Assembly (NCBI RefSeq): GCF_009914755.1
Contig: NC_060941.1
Direction: 5' to 3' (one strand)
DNA length: 64,000 nt
From: the human T2T-CHM13v2.0 reference genome, Homo sapiens
How positions within the stretch are numbered: the stretch's first letter is position 1; every line of letters starts with the position of its first letter. Positions 1 to 14,743 of the stretch are shown here, one piece after another. Position numbers and translations under genes: made by a program. The notes under the pieces are model-generated. The model ran no database searches, had not been told where the DNA came from, and was given only the letters and a program-made list of their open reading frames with translations.

Positions 1-36
1 TTCTCAGTTATGAGAGAAGGCCACTAGAAGTTCTGA

Positions 37-399
<363 letters not shown>

Positions 400-810
400 C
401 ATCCTGTAACTCTTAAGGGCCACATTAGATATCATCTCCTCTTGGTATCTTTTACTACCTTTAATAAAGAGGCAATTAGCCCTCACTTATCTTGCCAAAT
501 TAAAGTTGCTTTTATACTGCCTACTATATTACATTATATACATTACTTGTTTTCACGTTTGTTTCCTACTCTAGATTTTTTTTTAAGTCATCTAGAGGTG
601 GCAGAACAATAAAAATAAATCTTTTTTAACTCAGAAATAATTAAGGAGTAAATATCTACACAGATGAGGCTGGAATATGAAATGTTTGTGTACTGAGTAG
701 TGCCATAATTGGAGACACAAAAAAATAAGTAAAATAATGTGAAAGTATTGCAATTGAAGTTCTCTGAGCAAGAAAATGGCCAAGTTAGAAGCTTGATAAG
801 AAAGGGAATA

Positions 811-1097
811 GGCCAGGCGTGGTGGCTCACGTCTGTAATCCAGCACTTTGGGAGGCCAAGGCGGGTGGATCACGAGGTCAGGAGTTCAAGAACAGCCTGG
901 TCAAGATGGTGAAACCTTGTCTCTACTAAAAAAACAAAATTAGCTGGGCATGGTGGTGGGCACCTGTAATCCCAGCTACTCAGCAGGCTGAGGCAGAGAA
1001 TTGCTTGAACCCAGGAGCTGGAGGTTGCAGTGAGTGGAGATCGCACCACTACACTCCAGCCTGGGTGACAGAGTGAGACTCCGTCTCAAAAAAAAAA
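811..1097 (+). mobile_element. AluS (Sg-like), full length
   Basis: GGCCAGGCGTGGTGGCTCAC start, dimeric body, A tail, degenerate TSD AAGAAAGGGAATA/AAGAAGGAGAATA. Confidence 0.95.
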
Positions 1098-1779
1098 GAA
1101 GGAGAATAAAATGAAGGTGAGAAATGTTCAAGAAGCCTCGATCACCATTGACAACTGATTCATTCAGGAATAGATGGTGATTCCCCTCCAATTTTTGAAG
1201 CTGAGGAAATTGTATCATATTAGCCGAGAGAGTGTAAGAGTGACAGCAATATAGAGAGAGAAATTAAGAATGTGTGGGTGTATGTAAATAAAAATGATAA
1301 GCATATTTGGAGCAGTTAAAGAGAGGACAGGTTATCCATATGAAGACTTTATCATAGACACTCGAAGGACAAAACTATGGAGTGAATTTTGCTAAACGAG
1401 TTGAGGCTGCATTTGGGAATTTGAGAATGGTTCACGAAGGTGACGACTAAAGATATAGAAACCAAATTGAAAAGAACTTGCAAAATAGAGAGCTAAGCAC
1501 GTAACCTTGGGGGGAAAAAAAACCAGAAAAACATGATATTAGAAGCTGAAATGAGAGTTTCAAAAAGGAAGAGGTGACAAATTCTGTCAACTTTCTCAGA
1601 AAAGGGAAAATTCATTTTGAGAGAATGTAGTCATTGGGTTTGGCAAAAAAGCTTCAGAAATCCCCTGAAAGGGAAGCAGTTTCTGTAGAGACGGGAGGGA
1701 GGACGCTCCCAGGAGGAGGGCTGTTGTGAAAGTCAGCTGTGTAAAGGAGTACAGAAGAGAGTTGGGATGAATGGCTTAA

Positions 1780-2098
<319 letters not shown>

Positions 2099-2169
2099 TG
2101 TGAATTATTTTTCTAAAAGAAATGGACACCAAATTTATCTGAAAACAAAATAATCATTCTGTTCCATTA

Positions 2170-5100
2170 ACATGTATGTCTATTACAGTGTTACTACCAC
2201 CAAGTCCTAATTATGCAACTTTATACTAAGCCTTGAAATAGGCATTGGGTTTCCTCCAACTTTTTTTAAAATGTTTTTTTCAAAATGGTTTTGCTTATTC
2301 TAGGTCGTTTGTATTTCCACATGATTTTTTTGAATCAGCTTGTCAATTGTCACAAGAAGCCTGGAAGGGCTTTTCAAAGTATTAGGTTCAATCTGTAGAT
2401 TGAAATGGGGAGAAATGGCATCTTAATCATACAGAGACTTCTTTCTGATCAATGAATATGTGATTATTTTTTCATATATGTACCTTTTTAACAATTAGCT
2501 CTTCGCACCGATGTTTTGTAGTTTTGGCATTTAAATCTTGCACATCTCTTGTCAAACTTATTTTTAATTATTTCCTGAGTTTGAGGCTATTGTAATTGTT
2601 GATGCTGTTCTGGGTTCCATTTTAAGTGTTTACGGTGATATATAGAAATGTAGCATATTATCTTTCATCCTGAAACATTGTTAACCTCACTTCTTAGTCC
2701 TGGTAGCTCTCTTGTAAATTCTTTGTTGTTTTCCTATGTAAATGATAATGTGTTCTGTGAACAAAGTGGTTTACTTCTTCTTTTCCAATCTATTGCCTTT
2801 ACTTATCCTCTTTGTTTTATTGCAGTGACAGAACCTCCAGTATAATGTTAAATAAAAATGGGCAGAGTAAACATCCCTGGCTTTTTCCCCATTGTAGGAG
2901 GATTGTATTCAGTCATTCACATTAAGTATGAGGTTCCTTGTAGGTTTTTCATAGATGTCCTTAATTAAGTTCAGGAATTTCAGTCTGTTTCTAGTCTGCT
3001 GAAAGTTTTTTAATAAGTAGACATTGAATTTTGTTAAGTATTATTTTGCACGTATCGATGTAGTTTTTCTTTTTACTTTGCTTACACTGTCTAGTGCACT
3101 GATTCCTCTCATTAATATTAAACCAACTTTGCATTCCTGAGATCAATGCCAGTATGTTCTGTTATCTTTTTATATTTATTGGTGGATTCAATTTGCTAAA
3201 ATTATATATGAAAATATTTCTATCTTCAGGGAAAACATTGGCTTATGTTTTGTTTTCATAATGTCATTGATTGGTTTTCTTAACAGGGGAATGCTGGCCT
3301 CATAAAATAAGTTGGAGAGTGTTTCTTCCTGTTTTTTTTTGTGTGTGTGTGTGTCTATATGATTGGTCTGATTACTATTGCATTTCCTTAAATGTTTTGC
3401 TAAAATTTACCAGTGCAACCATCTGGGCCTAGAGCTTTCTGTGTGGGAAAATTTTAAATTTTAAATTTAATTTATTTAATGGGGACAATTTCTTCTTGAG
3501 TGAGATTTGATAGTAGCATAATTCAAATGCTTCATTCATTTCATATGTTATCAGATTTCTTGACACAAACATTTTTTGTAATGTCACCTTATCGACATTT
3601 TAAAATAAGATCTGTAGCAATACGCAGTCTTTCAGCACTGATATTTGTAAATTATTATACTTCTTGATCAGTATGGATAGAGGTGTATCATTTGATTTTT
3701 TTCAAACAGCTTTTGGTTTTATTGTTTTTTATTCCTTGTGTGTTTTCTCTTTCTTTGATTTTTTTTTCTATTAATGTTAGTATTCTTTTTTCTGCTTACT
3801 TTGTGTTTAATTTGCTCTTCTTTTTTCAGTTTCTAAGAGGTAAGCCTAGATCATTGACTTGAATCTTTATGTTTTAGTAGAAGCATTTATTGCTGTAAAT
3901 ACCCTTCTAAGTATCACTTTGATTGCATCCCACAAATGTTGATATTTTGTTCAATTTTCATTCAACTAACTGTTTCCTAAATTTTCTTGTGATTTCTTCT
4001 TTGACCCATGTATCATTACAGTTTGGTAGTTTAATATACAAAATGTTAGTATTTTCCAAATATCTTTCTCATTTATTTCTAGCTTGATTCCCATGTAGTT
4101 CAGAGAACATATTTTGTATAGTTTTAATTCTTGTACATTTTAAAGCTTCGTTTTGAGGCACAGAATATGTTTTGCCTTGGTAAATAGTATGCTCTTAATA
4201 ATAATGTCCATTGTACTATTGCTGGGTGCAGTGCTTTTCTATAAACCTCAATTAGGTCAAGATGGTTGATAGCGTGGTTTAGATCTTCTCTTTCCTTATT
4301 AATTTATTATATTCTTGCTCTATCAATTTCTGAGAGAGGTGTGGTGAAGTCTCCAACTATAGTTGTGGATTTGTCTCTTTCTCCTTTTTTAGTTTTACCT
4401 GTGTTTGCTTTATATATTTTGAAGTTCTGGGATTAAGTACCCACATATTTAGGAATATTATCTCTTACTCATTTTTTCACCCATTTATCATTATGCATGG
4501 TTCCTTCTTCATGATTATTTTTAATAAACTTTATTTTTTAAATCAGCTTTAGGTTCACAGCGAAATTGAACAGAAAGTACAGACAGTTCCCATGTACCCT
4601 TTGTTCCCACACATACAACAGTCTCTCCTACTGTCAATGTCTCACACCAGAATGGTACATTTGATATGTACTGAACCTTTTAAATTTTGTAACAGTTTGA
4701 AGTCTGCTTTTCTGATCTCATAGAGCTACTTTAGCTTTCCTTTGCTTAGAACTTGCATGATCTTTTTTCATCTGTTTACTTTTAAACAATTTATGTGACT
4801 GTCTTATTGACAGCATAATAAGTCTTTGTTTTTCCCATCTGACAATCTCTGTTTTCTAATTGGAGTGTATATATATTGAGTATTTAATGTAATTGTTGAT
4901 ATAATATTTGAATCTACTATCTTGCTACTGATTTGTTGTCTTATGTCTTTTTGTTCCATTTTTTCCATATTATTTTGCATTAAGAATTTTTATAATTTTC
5001 TTAATTTTCATTATTGGCTTATTTATTTCTTCTTTTTATGTATTTTCTAGTTGCTGTATTATTTAAAATATAGATCTTTAACTTGTTATTTATTTTCTAA

Positions 5101-6830
5101 TATCATCCCATTTATCATAAAACAAAAAACCTTAAAAGATTTTCATTTTCTCCCTCCCATCCCTCATGCTATTGGCATCATAACTACTAAAAATGGGATA
5201 AGCTCCACAACATATTGTAGTTTTTATTTAGAAATCCAATTTTTCTTTAAGGAATATATAAATAGTAAACAAACAATACCATGCTTTTGGTTTTAAAAAA
5301 TCCTCTTTTAAAAAATTATTTCTGATATTCTTCCTTTTGAATAGGTCAAAATTTTCATCTGATTCTATAATCTTCTGCTAGTGTAACATTCATTGACCTT
5401 TTTATAATACAGGAATCTACCAATATAATCTTACAGTCTTTGTGTATCTGAAAAAATTAAAAGGTTTACAGACCCTCCAGTTTTGGAAGATATTTTCACT
5501 GTGATTAACTATTATGGATTGAAATTTCCCCCCAATTTTAAAGATGTTGTTCCATCTTTAAACTGGCTTATACAGTTTCTGAAAGAAATCTGTTACTATT
5601 CTTATCTTTGCTTTTCTATATGTAATGATTCTTTAGTCTTGTTTTGTCATAAGATTCCCTCTTTATACTTAGTTTTGCGCGCTCTGGCTATGAAGTGTCT
5701 GCATCTTTTTTTAAAAACCGCTTGGAGTTCTCTGAAATTTATCAATCTGTGGTTTAATTTTTTTCCCTTAAAATTAGGAAATTCATTGTCTTTCTCTCTC
5801 CAAATATCTTTTCTTTTATTGGGACTGATATTGTGTATATTTTGAACTCCTTAATCTTTCCTATAGCTCTCTATTTTTTTCTGTTTGGATAATATATGTG
5901 ACCAATCTTCAAGTTCTTTGACTCCTTGATCATCATCACATCTGCTGATAAACTCATGGAACACGTCTTTATTTCTGATGTTAGGCTGTTTATTTTCCCC
6001 TTAGCATTTCCATTTTATTTTATTTGTAATACTTTCCCATCTGTTCATACATGTTGTTCACGTTTCCCATTAGATATGTTAACATACATCAGCCTAATAA
6101 TATCTAAATCTCATTTTGTTGACTGCTTTATCTCCGTACTGTTTTTTTTTTTTTCTTTCTTCCTGTCTTTTACCTTTGATTAGGACTGTGGGCAGCAGGG
6201 ATTTCTATCCTTGGTAGCATATGTCCTTCTATAGCAGATGGCTCTTGTTTTGCTCCTCTTTCAGAGGTGGTGGGTTTTTCTCTGAGCCTTGGGGACAGGA
6301 AGATTGCCTACCCTACCACAATGACAAGACATTCACTTTGTAGGAGAGGTTTCAAGGAAGTGGGATTTCAAGGGTGAGGTTTCATGCTGAGTGCCACTGA
6401 GGAGGGCTCTCCTCTCTTAGGTCTCCTGCCCTGCCCCTAATCTTTCCCAAGAGCACAGTAGAAGAGTCTCATGAAAAGGAAATCGGGAGTGTGGACTCCC
6501 TGCAAGCCTGGGGCTCCTAGCTATTCTAACTATCGTGTTGGCTTTTTGAGCTCACTAAAGATCTGGCTGTTTTCTTCTTACCTGCTATTATGGGGGCTCC
6601 TTCTCCCTCTCATACTGTGCTCAACTGCTCTTTTGTTCCATCTCTCCTCAGAGGGGCTGTTAGCTGCTACACTTTGGAATTCAATTCACCTGGTTGCTGT
6701 GCAACTTCTGGTCTCTAATAAACTCAAAAAAAGGTTATGATTTATAAATTATCTGGCCTTTGTTTTTCTCCTTCTTAGGGTGGAAGCAACATTTTCTTAC
6801 AGATTTGGCCATCCTAAGTGGAGGAGGAGT
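2170..6830 (-). mobile_element. Old mammalian L1 (L1M-type) ORF2 to 5' region, degraded
   Basis: Long T-rich antisense L1 sequence (e.g. CTCCAGTATAATGTTAAATA, GAAGTCTCCAACTATAGTTGTGGATTTGTC), with GC-richer 5'UTR-like part at 6180-6830. Confidence 0.8.
4515..4680 (-). mobile_element. L1M 3'-end fragment nested in the older L1
   Basis: TTTAGGTTCACAGCGAAATTGAACAGAAAGTACAGACAGTTCCCAT resembles L1M 3'UTR termini. Confidence 0.6.
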
Positions 6831-7149
6831 ATCAGGTTTTGGTATCCATTTTACAGCTTGAATATTATAAGTTCTGTCAAACTAGTTAGAGTTCTCATTT
6901 ATGTCTTTTTTTTAAATTTCAAGTTTAAACTTTCTATCACATTGTGAGGAAAAAAAGTATTTTTTATGGTTACGTTTTAAATTATTACATTATAATCTTT
7001 GATGCAGCTAGATTTCTTTTTCCTAATGATAAATTAATGGCTTCAACATCATTTACTAAAGTATATCAGTTTACTCAATAATTCAGATCATAGAATTTAG
7101 CATATATTAAATTCCTACATGTATTTCTTCCTGTATTTATATTTCTAGG

Positions 7150-7553
7150 CCATAAGACTTTTGGCAGACGCTACTTTTTTTTTGAGTCTTGATCAACCAT
7201 GTAAATAATTTTGGCTACCCTGCTAGAGAGACCAGATGGAGAGTGTGACATTCTGAAGGGTGAAAGTCCACAAGGGGTGGAAGACCACAGAAAATGAAAT
7301 ACCACGAGAAGTGATTGGCTTCAATATTCCAGCTACCCCAGCACAGGAACAAGATCATGAGAGAAGCCATTTTGGATCCTCCAGCCTAGATTGCATGCAC
7401 CTGACCAAGCCCAGCTGCCGGCACATGGAGAAGAGATAGGCATTCCCACTGAGTCCTGGCAAACCAGCCCACAGAGTCATAAGCACATTAAGTGGTTATC
7501 GTTTTAAGTCACTAAGTTAGGGTGATTGTTATACAGCAACAGATAATTAATAT
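7150..7553 (+). mobile_element. MLT1-type MaLR LTR (partial)
   Basis: Typical MLT1 3' end GTTTTAAGTCACTAAGTTAGGGTGATTGTTATACAGCAACAGATAA. Confidence 0.75.
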
Positions 7554-10500
7554 GATTTGAATTTTCTCAGTAAAGAACCAAAGATTTATTGAAAGTGAGA
7601 GAAGATGAATCATTTCTGGGAAGTGGAAGAGAATTGGAAGTATTCGTTAATAGTCATAGGGAATTTGCTAGAAGAACACAATACAAATTAAGGTAACCAT
7701 TCAGCACTAGGGCAGTGGCATACAAGATGGACAATAATAATTTGTAAAAGATAGGTGTAATGAGACTATTATTTTTATAAATTCAAATTCAAATTTGGTG
7801 CATGACCTGCATTCTAAAAGCAAAAGTTTTATATTGAAATAACTGTTAATAACAAAAAAATTTAGAGCATCTTGAAACAAAATGCATTTGCCCTTGGTGT
7901 CAATTGGCAGAAAGTGGCATTGATGCTTTTATGTTCTATGTGTTATTTTGTCAGGGAGTCTGGGTGTTAAATGCTACTGTAGAACATTTACCAAGAGTTA
8001 GGAAATAAATAATTTCTCTACAAAGCAGTGAAACAATCTGCACATATCTTTGTACATTAAAAAGTTCAGATACTTTGCCAGCCACTGCATTATAAGAACG
8101 CTTACCACATATTCCTTACTTAACGAAGACTGAAACATAGCTGGGGAAACCAAAAAAAAAAAAAAAAGTAAAGTTTTGAATTATAGTTTAAGGCCATTGT
8201 GAAAAGGATATGTAAGGATATGTACTATTGATTATATTCATTACTAAATAAATTTAGGAAATACATATTATTAGGTTTTGAGGCAAGAGGGATCATCTTA
8301 GGGTGGGAGTGAAGTTGTTCTGGAAGGCTTTGTAGAAAGGTTAGAATTCAGCTTTTTGAAAAGAGTCAGTTTAGGAGGAACAAGGGTTGAGGTAAAGCTA
8401 GGAACTGGATGGTGAATGAAACCAAAACACACACCCCCCCACACTCTCCCCCAACACACACAACTGGAATTCCAATGTTTTCTGTTATATGAGTGATTAA
8501 AGTAATTTGACCTTTGACTGGAGGGCAAGTTTGAGATGCTGAGTGTTTACATATAAGGCAGTAGGGATACCTGCTATTTAAACTGTATCATGAGGAGTTT
8601 GGAAATCAGGTTTATAGGCAACCAGGAGACACTGAGCAGGAAATTTTTAGAACAAACAAACAAAAGGACTCAAAATGTGAAAAGTTAGCCTATATACTAT
8701 GACTCAGCCATCCCAAGATTAGCAAAGAAATCAGAGTTTAATATCAGGTATTAGGGACAAACCCTGTCTCTAAAATTCTCTGGATTGCAGCCATGTAATG
8801 TACTGGCCCAGGGATGGAGGGAAGGGAAAGGGAGGGAGCTTCCTCTTCGCCAAGAATATTTCCCTTGATTTTGCCATGTCGACTAAACTGAATCTGAAAC
8901 ATAACAAAGGCCTTTTCTTTGAAATTTTCTTTACATTGAAAATCTTTTCTACAGGGAAATCACCATGGAACAAGAAAATCTGGCTTCCTTGTCTGAGTCG
9001 CAGGATCATTATATCCAAATGGAAACTTTCGGTTTCCCCTTCACCAGGTTCCAGCATCTCACATCTTTCTTACTTTGGGGTCCAAGGAATGGGTCTCAGT
9101 GATCCTGCAAATACCTGAAATTATTTGCAAAATAGGTATGCTTATAATTACATGCATTTTTTTCTAGGTAGAGCCCCCATAGTTGAGACTTATGACCCCA
9201 AAAAGAACCACTGTTCTGTGTGCTGAATCCCATATTTAATATGTGATATCCAGGGCACAATCTTAGATGCCTAGGTGCTCCTTAGCCCAGCTGAGAGAGA
9301 CGCTGAAGCTTCCTCTCACCTCCCACAGAGGTACCCTCCACATTTAAGACTGACAGATACTTGGCTTGTTCTTTAGGTAACTGATTTCAGAAATGGGCAC
9401 TTTTCATAGAGACCCTACTCCCTGCCCACAGATGTCAGGCCTTCTCCTCACAACAATTAAGTTAGATCAGTTCACTTCCATACAACCTGATCTTTCTAAA
9501 CCAAGCATCCATTTGCTTATTTAGAACATGAATGGGGTCAGTGAGAAGCACCCAAATCCACTCAGCAGGACTGAAGGGTAGACAGTCAGAGGTGATGGTT
9601 TATGAGGGTAGGTTTAGGAACTTCAACCTCTCTTCCTCCCTAATATTTTTACTGTTGAAATGAGACTGCAGCCCTTACTAGGCAAACCCAGGCAGCAGCC
9701 ATCAGTACTGGACCTCTGGCAGCAGAGCCGTGCTTTGGCTCTGAATCACCTTCTTCACCCCCAGCCCAGTCCAGAATGCTTTGGAGGCCGAGTGCCACAA
9801 ATGCCTGAGCTCCATGTATCAGCCTCATTGCAAAGCAACCGTAGGGATGGGAAGGGAAGAATGATGATCCATGGGCAGTGTTCCAGGGTACCCCTGGAGA
9901 CTAGTGATGCAGACAGAAGGGGGTGGTTGTGCTGTTTCCCATCACTCAAGAGTTATTTCACATTCACAAGACTGTGATCAGATCCTGTTCATTTATTCTA
10001 CTTAAAATGACACAACAGGAACAGAGACTTGGAATGGAAACTTTTCTACCTGGGTCTTTTTAGGATTTCAGCAAAGATATAAACATCCTCTATTTTTTTT
10101 TTTTCTTACAGGAGAATAAAAACTCTTCAACATACATTGAGGCTTTGCAGCCTTTTCAGTTGAGGAGCATAACAAGAGATTTTCTGCTCTAGAGTCCAAA
10201 TCTTTTAAACTCAGAGGCTGCCACTCTGAGGTCATTTTCTTTTCATGTTACTGGAAGCATGATGTATACTTTAAAAGTAATAAAGTTCAAATAGAGCCCA
10301 CTGGGGACTGGGAAATGGGCTTTCAGAGTAGGTTGATTCATTCCATTTCAGTCATGTAAAGTTTAAAGAGAAAGCAAGACAGGGGAGTTAGATAGAAGGT
10401 GAACAGAGAAGGTATGGTTGATTTAAGAAAAATGACCTTCAAGAGTCATTCCCATTGCCTATGACTTCCTAAGAACCTATGAGGTTGGATGGAAAAAACA

Positions 10501-11552
10501 ATGATTTTAACAGGAGTGTTTTCGACCGAGGACACAGCTATACTAAACTCTCTCAATAATCACAATTGTCACATTTTAATATTCCCTTTTTTATATGAAA
10601 GTAGGACAGCTTTGTCCAAGATTGAGGCATTTTCACCTTGTGCTTTTCTGAACAAATTATGTGAAAATTAAAAAAAAAATACAGAGCCTGGCCCTCCAGA
10701 ATTCTCTAAAACAAAAGCTCAAAGCAGCCTGAGATTATAGCCTACACAATTTCAGGTTAGTTTTTCAGTCATTTTTCAGCTATGTACTATGACATTTATA
10801 AATATAACTTTTCTGGAAAGGAAAAATAATAAAATACAGCAAGAACAATTTCTTTTGTACTTAGATAGCCAAGTGCCTGGATGTGAACAGCCACAAGTCA
10901 GCTAAACCTCCACGCTCAGTGAGGAAGCTGTGGATCAGAGGGTTTTGTGTCATGCGCTAATAAGCTGCACAGCTAGGCTCACCCCCAAGGTTTCTGGCCT
11001 ATGTCTATTCCCTTTACTTGACATTTTGCTATCAGAGGACACTGCAAGGAGACAGTCAGAGTATCATTTTGAGACTTTGGGTTAGTACCTAAAACAGCAA
11101 GAGAGGAGGAGGAAAAATTTGAATTAACTCTATTGGCCAAAGGAAGAGGTTATAAGCTCTTTCTGTTCTGAGCTCTATTTAACATGAATATAACCATTTT
11201 CTCAGCTTTTTTCCTTTCTGGAGAGAAAAGTACTGACATTCAGAGACATGGAGAAAACAGAATATTGAATCTTAGCAATCTCTCTGCTACACTATTGGTT
11301 CTTCTGCAGAACCTATCATCTTCTGTGAACCTACAACTTTCTCTCCTTTCCTTAGAGTTTCTCCATCCTGACAGTAATTTTACCATGCAGGATACAGAAT
11401 ATGTGCAATAAATATATGCTAGAAGTCTTGAGTCCTACTGACTGCTTTATTCTACATTCATATAGCATATATTTTATTATTATATATGGACTATGCAATA
11501 TGTGTCTCATCTTGTGCTGTGAGCTTTGCTTTTTAGATATGATTTCCTTTAA

Positions 11553-11941
<389 letters not shown>

Positions 11942-13310
11942 AGACCATCAGATTTTAAAGCTTAACTCTTAATTACTGTACTACACTGAGTGTAACTAAT
12001 ACATACATTTGGTGGAATTTGTCTTAGGTACAATACTTTTGTTTTTATTTGGTATCATCACATTATATAAAAGCAAAAGTGACCCCCAAAATAGCTTCCA
12101 CTTTAGGCTCTTTTTCTCTCCACAGCAGACAATACCCCTACTAAACAGAATTTGATTGTTGCACCTATGTTAAGTCGGGGACCAGAAATTTATTTTAGAG
12201 TGTTCGAAGGGCAAAGGAAAGTACTGCTTTTTGTAGAAGGATTAACTTCGTGGCTCAAATTTGCTAGATATTTGTCTAAACTTCTCTTCAGAGAAAAGCC
12301 CGAGCTTGCTTGCTGTAGGCTCAACCAAGTTTTACATTTTGAGACCATAAGCCTGAGATCAGAAATCTTTTAATCAGCATAAATCCTTAAAAGATCCCAT
12401 AACTCTGAAGTCATGTTTGCATTATAAACAGAACATGTGTTTCATGGGGTGTGAAAATGCCAGCAGAAACTGCTTGCTTAATTTTATCAACCTACTTTTT
12501 TAGAGAGTGCTGACAGCCCTACAGAAGCATGACTAGCGGCTGCTGAGGTTGGCAAGCCCACATTCTGTGGCTTTTTCTTTAAGTGGCGTATCAGGAGATT
12601 AATTCAGCCTGAATTTCACATTTGTGTTCGGTAGCAATTCCCAGAGGCCTTAGGAGCAAATGCATATTTGACACCTATTTATCTTTGTCGGGGTTGTCAT
12701 GGGAGCCAAGGTGATATCAACTTTAGTGAGGTCCTTTGAGGAGAGGTTATGGGGAACTGGATATATTTGCTTGGTTCTATTTTCATATCTATCTACTGTT
12801 TGCCAAAAGGTTAAGTTTCTCCCACCTCTCTGTCAGCACTACATTTGGTAATATGAAAGAGATGGAAGCATGGCTGGTTGTAGTGATAACGACCGATATG
12901 GCAGAGACGTGCGCTTCGAGGTCCACTTGTTCCTGTTGAAAGCATTTTTTCTTGCCTTTAAAGAGATTTTCATATTGATGCGCTGTGGCTGATAATGAGA
13001 AACCTGGGTATTTAAAAAATATATATTTTTTGTCCTCTATTATTAATCATCAAATGCGAGAGAGCAGATGAAGCAAGGTTAAAGAAGTACAATGGGATTC
13101 TAAAGAAAAAGAAGTCATAATGGCCTGGAGCAGTAAATTAGTGCAAAAGCTAGAACCATAGGAAAGCAATAGTTTGTTGACCTACCACTTAGAGTCTAAG
13201 CCTTTGAGGTTTGAAAACTCTAACATGATTTCATTCATTACTTCAATACACTGCTGGAAAAAAATAAGAAATGTATTTGAATCAAGTTTTAAATCTCAAA
13301 TTCCGAATTT

Positions 13311-13725
13311 GTTATTTCAATAGTTTGGGGGGTATAGGTGGTTGCTGGTTACCTGGATGAGTTCTCTAGTGGTGAATTCTGAGATTTTTAGTGTACTCCT
13401 TACCCAAGCAGTGTACACTGTACCCAATATGTTGTCTTTTATTCTTCACCCCGCTCCATGAGACCTTAGAGTCAGTCCATTATATCACTCTGGATGTTTT
13501 TGCATCCTCATAACTTAGCCCCCACTTATGAGTGAGAACATAATGGTATTCTGAATTATTTCACTTAGAATAATGGCCTCCAGTTGCATCTAAGTTGTGG
13601 AAAAGACACTATTTCATTCCTTTTTATGGCTGAGTAGTATTCCATGGTGTATATATACCACATTTTCTTTATCTATTCATTGGTCAATGGGCACACAGGT
13701 TGGTTCCACATCCTTGCGATTGTGA
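13311..13725 (-). mobile_element. L1PB-type 3' end
   Basis: GTGGTGAATTCTGAGATTTT, CCCACTTATGAGTGAGAACAT, GGCTGAGTAGTATTCCATGGTGTATATATACCAC. Confidence 0.85.
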
Positions 13726-14196
13726 CAGATTCCAAATGTGTAAATGAGCTTTCTAATTGAAAAATGAATTGAGATTGAAAAATGAATAAATAATCTCATT
13801 TTCTGAAAGCAAATGGGCAATGTAATTATAAAGATTTTTTTCAAAGCACTCTTGAGTTTAAGGACACATGCACACACCGGAACACTCACTGACCCATCTT
13901 CTGAACACTCACTGGCCCACCTTTGCTGTCTTTCTTTTCTCTTCCCTATCAATTTTTATTGACCTGTTCTAAAATTTGCTTGCCTGATTTGTCTCAGTAA
14001 TCCTCTCAGGTATCACTGTTTGAATTCACATTTTACACATCAAGGCACAGAGTAGTGACACAGCTCATTGCTGGAGTCTGGTTTTTGAGCCCATGATTTT
14101 AACTACCATACAATCTATTTGCCCAGTACAGAGGCTAAATAATAGCAATAATGCATACTCCATCAGCTCCATTTATTGTCATTCATAGCCACATAA

Positions 14197-14743
14197 ATTT
14201 TTTTTAATTATACTTTAAGTTCTATGGTACATGTGCACAACGTGAAGGTTTGTTACAAAGGTATACATGTGCCATGTTGGTTTGCTGCACTCATCAGCTC
14301 GTCATTTACATTAGGTGTTTCTCCTAATGCTATCCCTCCCCCAGCCCCCGACCCCCCAACAGGTCCTGCTGTGTGATGTTCCCCACCCTGTGTCCAAGTG
14401 TTCTCATTGTTCATTTCCCACCTATGAGTGAGAACTTGCAGTGTTTGGTTTTCTGTCCTTGTGAGTTTGCTGAGAATGTTGGTTTCCAGCTTCATCCATG
14501 TCCCTGCAAAGGACATAAACTCATCCATTTTTATGGCTGCATAGTATTCCATGGTGTATATGTGCCACATTGTCTTAATCCAGTCTATTATTGATGGACA
14601 TTTGGGTTGGTTCCAAGTCTTTGCTATTGTGAACAGTGCCACAATAAGCATACGTGTGCACATGTCTTTATAGTAGCATGATTTATAATCCTTTGGGTAT
14701 ATACCCAGCAATGGGATTGCTGGGTCAAATGGTATTTCTAGTT
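14197..14743 (-). mobile_element. L1PA 5'-truncated insertion (ORF2 C-terminus plus 3'UTR)
   Basis: ORF 14253-14711 reads LGIYPKDYKSC...WNQPKCP...HIYTMEYYAAIK, the L1 ORF2p C-terminus; L1PA 3'UTR follows. Confidence 0.95.

Noticed and set aside
8770-9977. Overlapping ~100-aa ORFs in unique DNA
   Set aside because: No recognisable domain, coding-like composition or splice framework; length is within chance expectation.
14253-14711. 152-aa ORF, and similar ORFs at 33185, 52282 and 53170
   Set aside because: Decayed L1 ORF2 C-terminal fragments from truncated insertions, not host genes.
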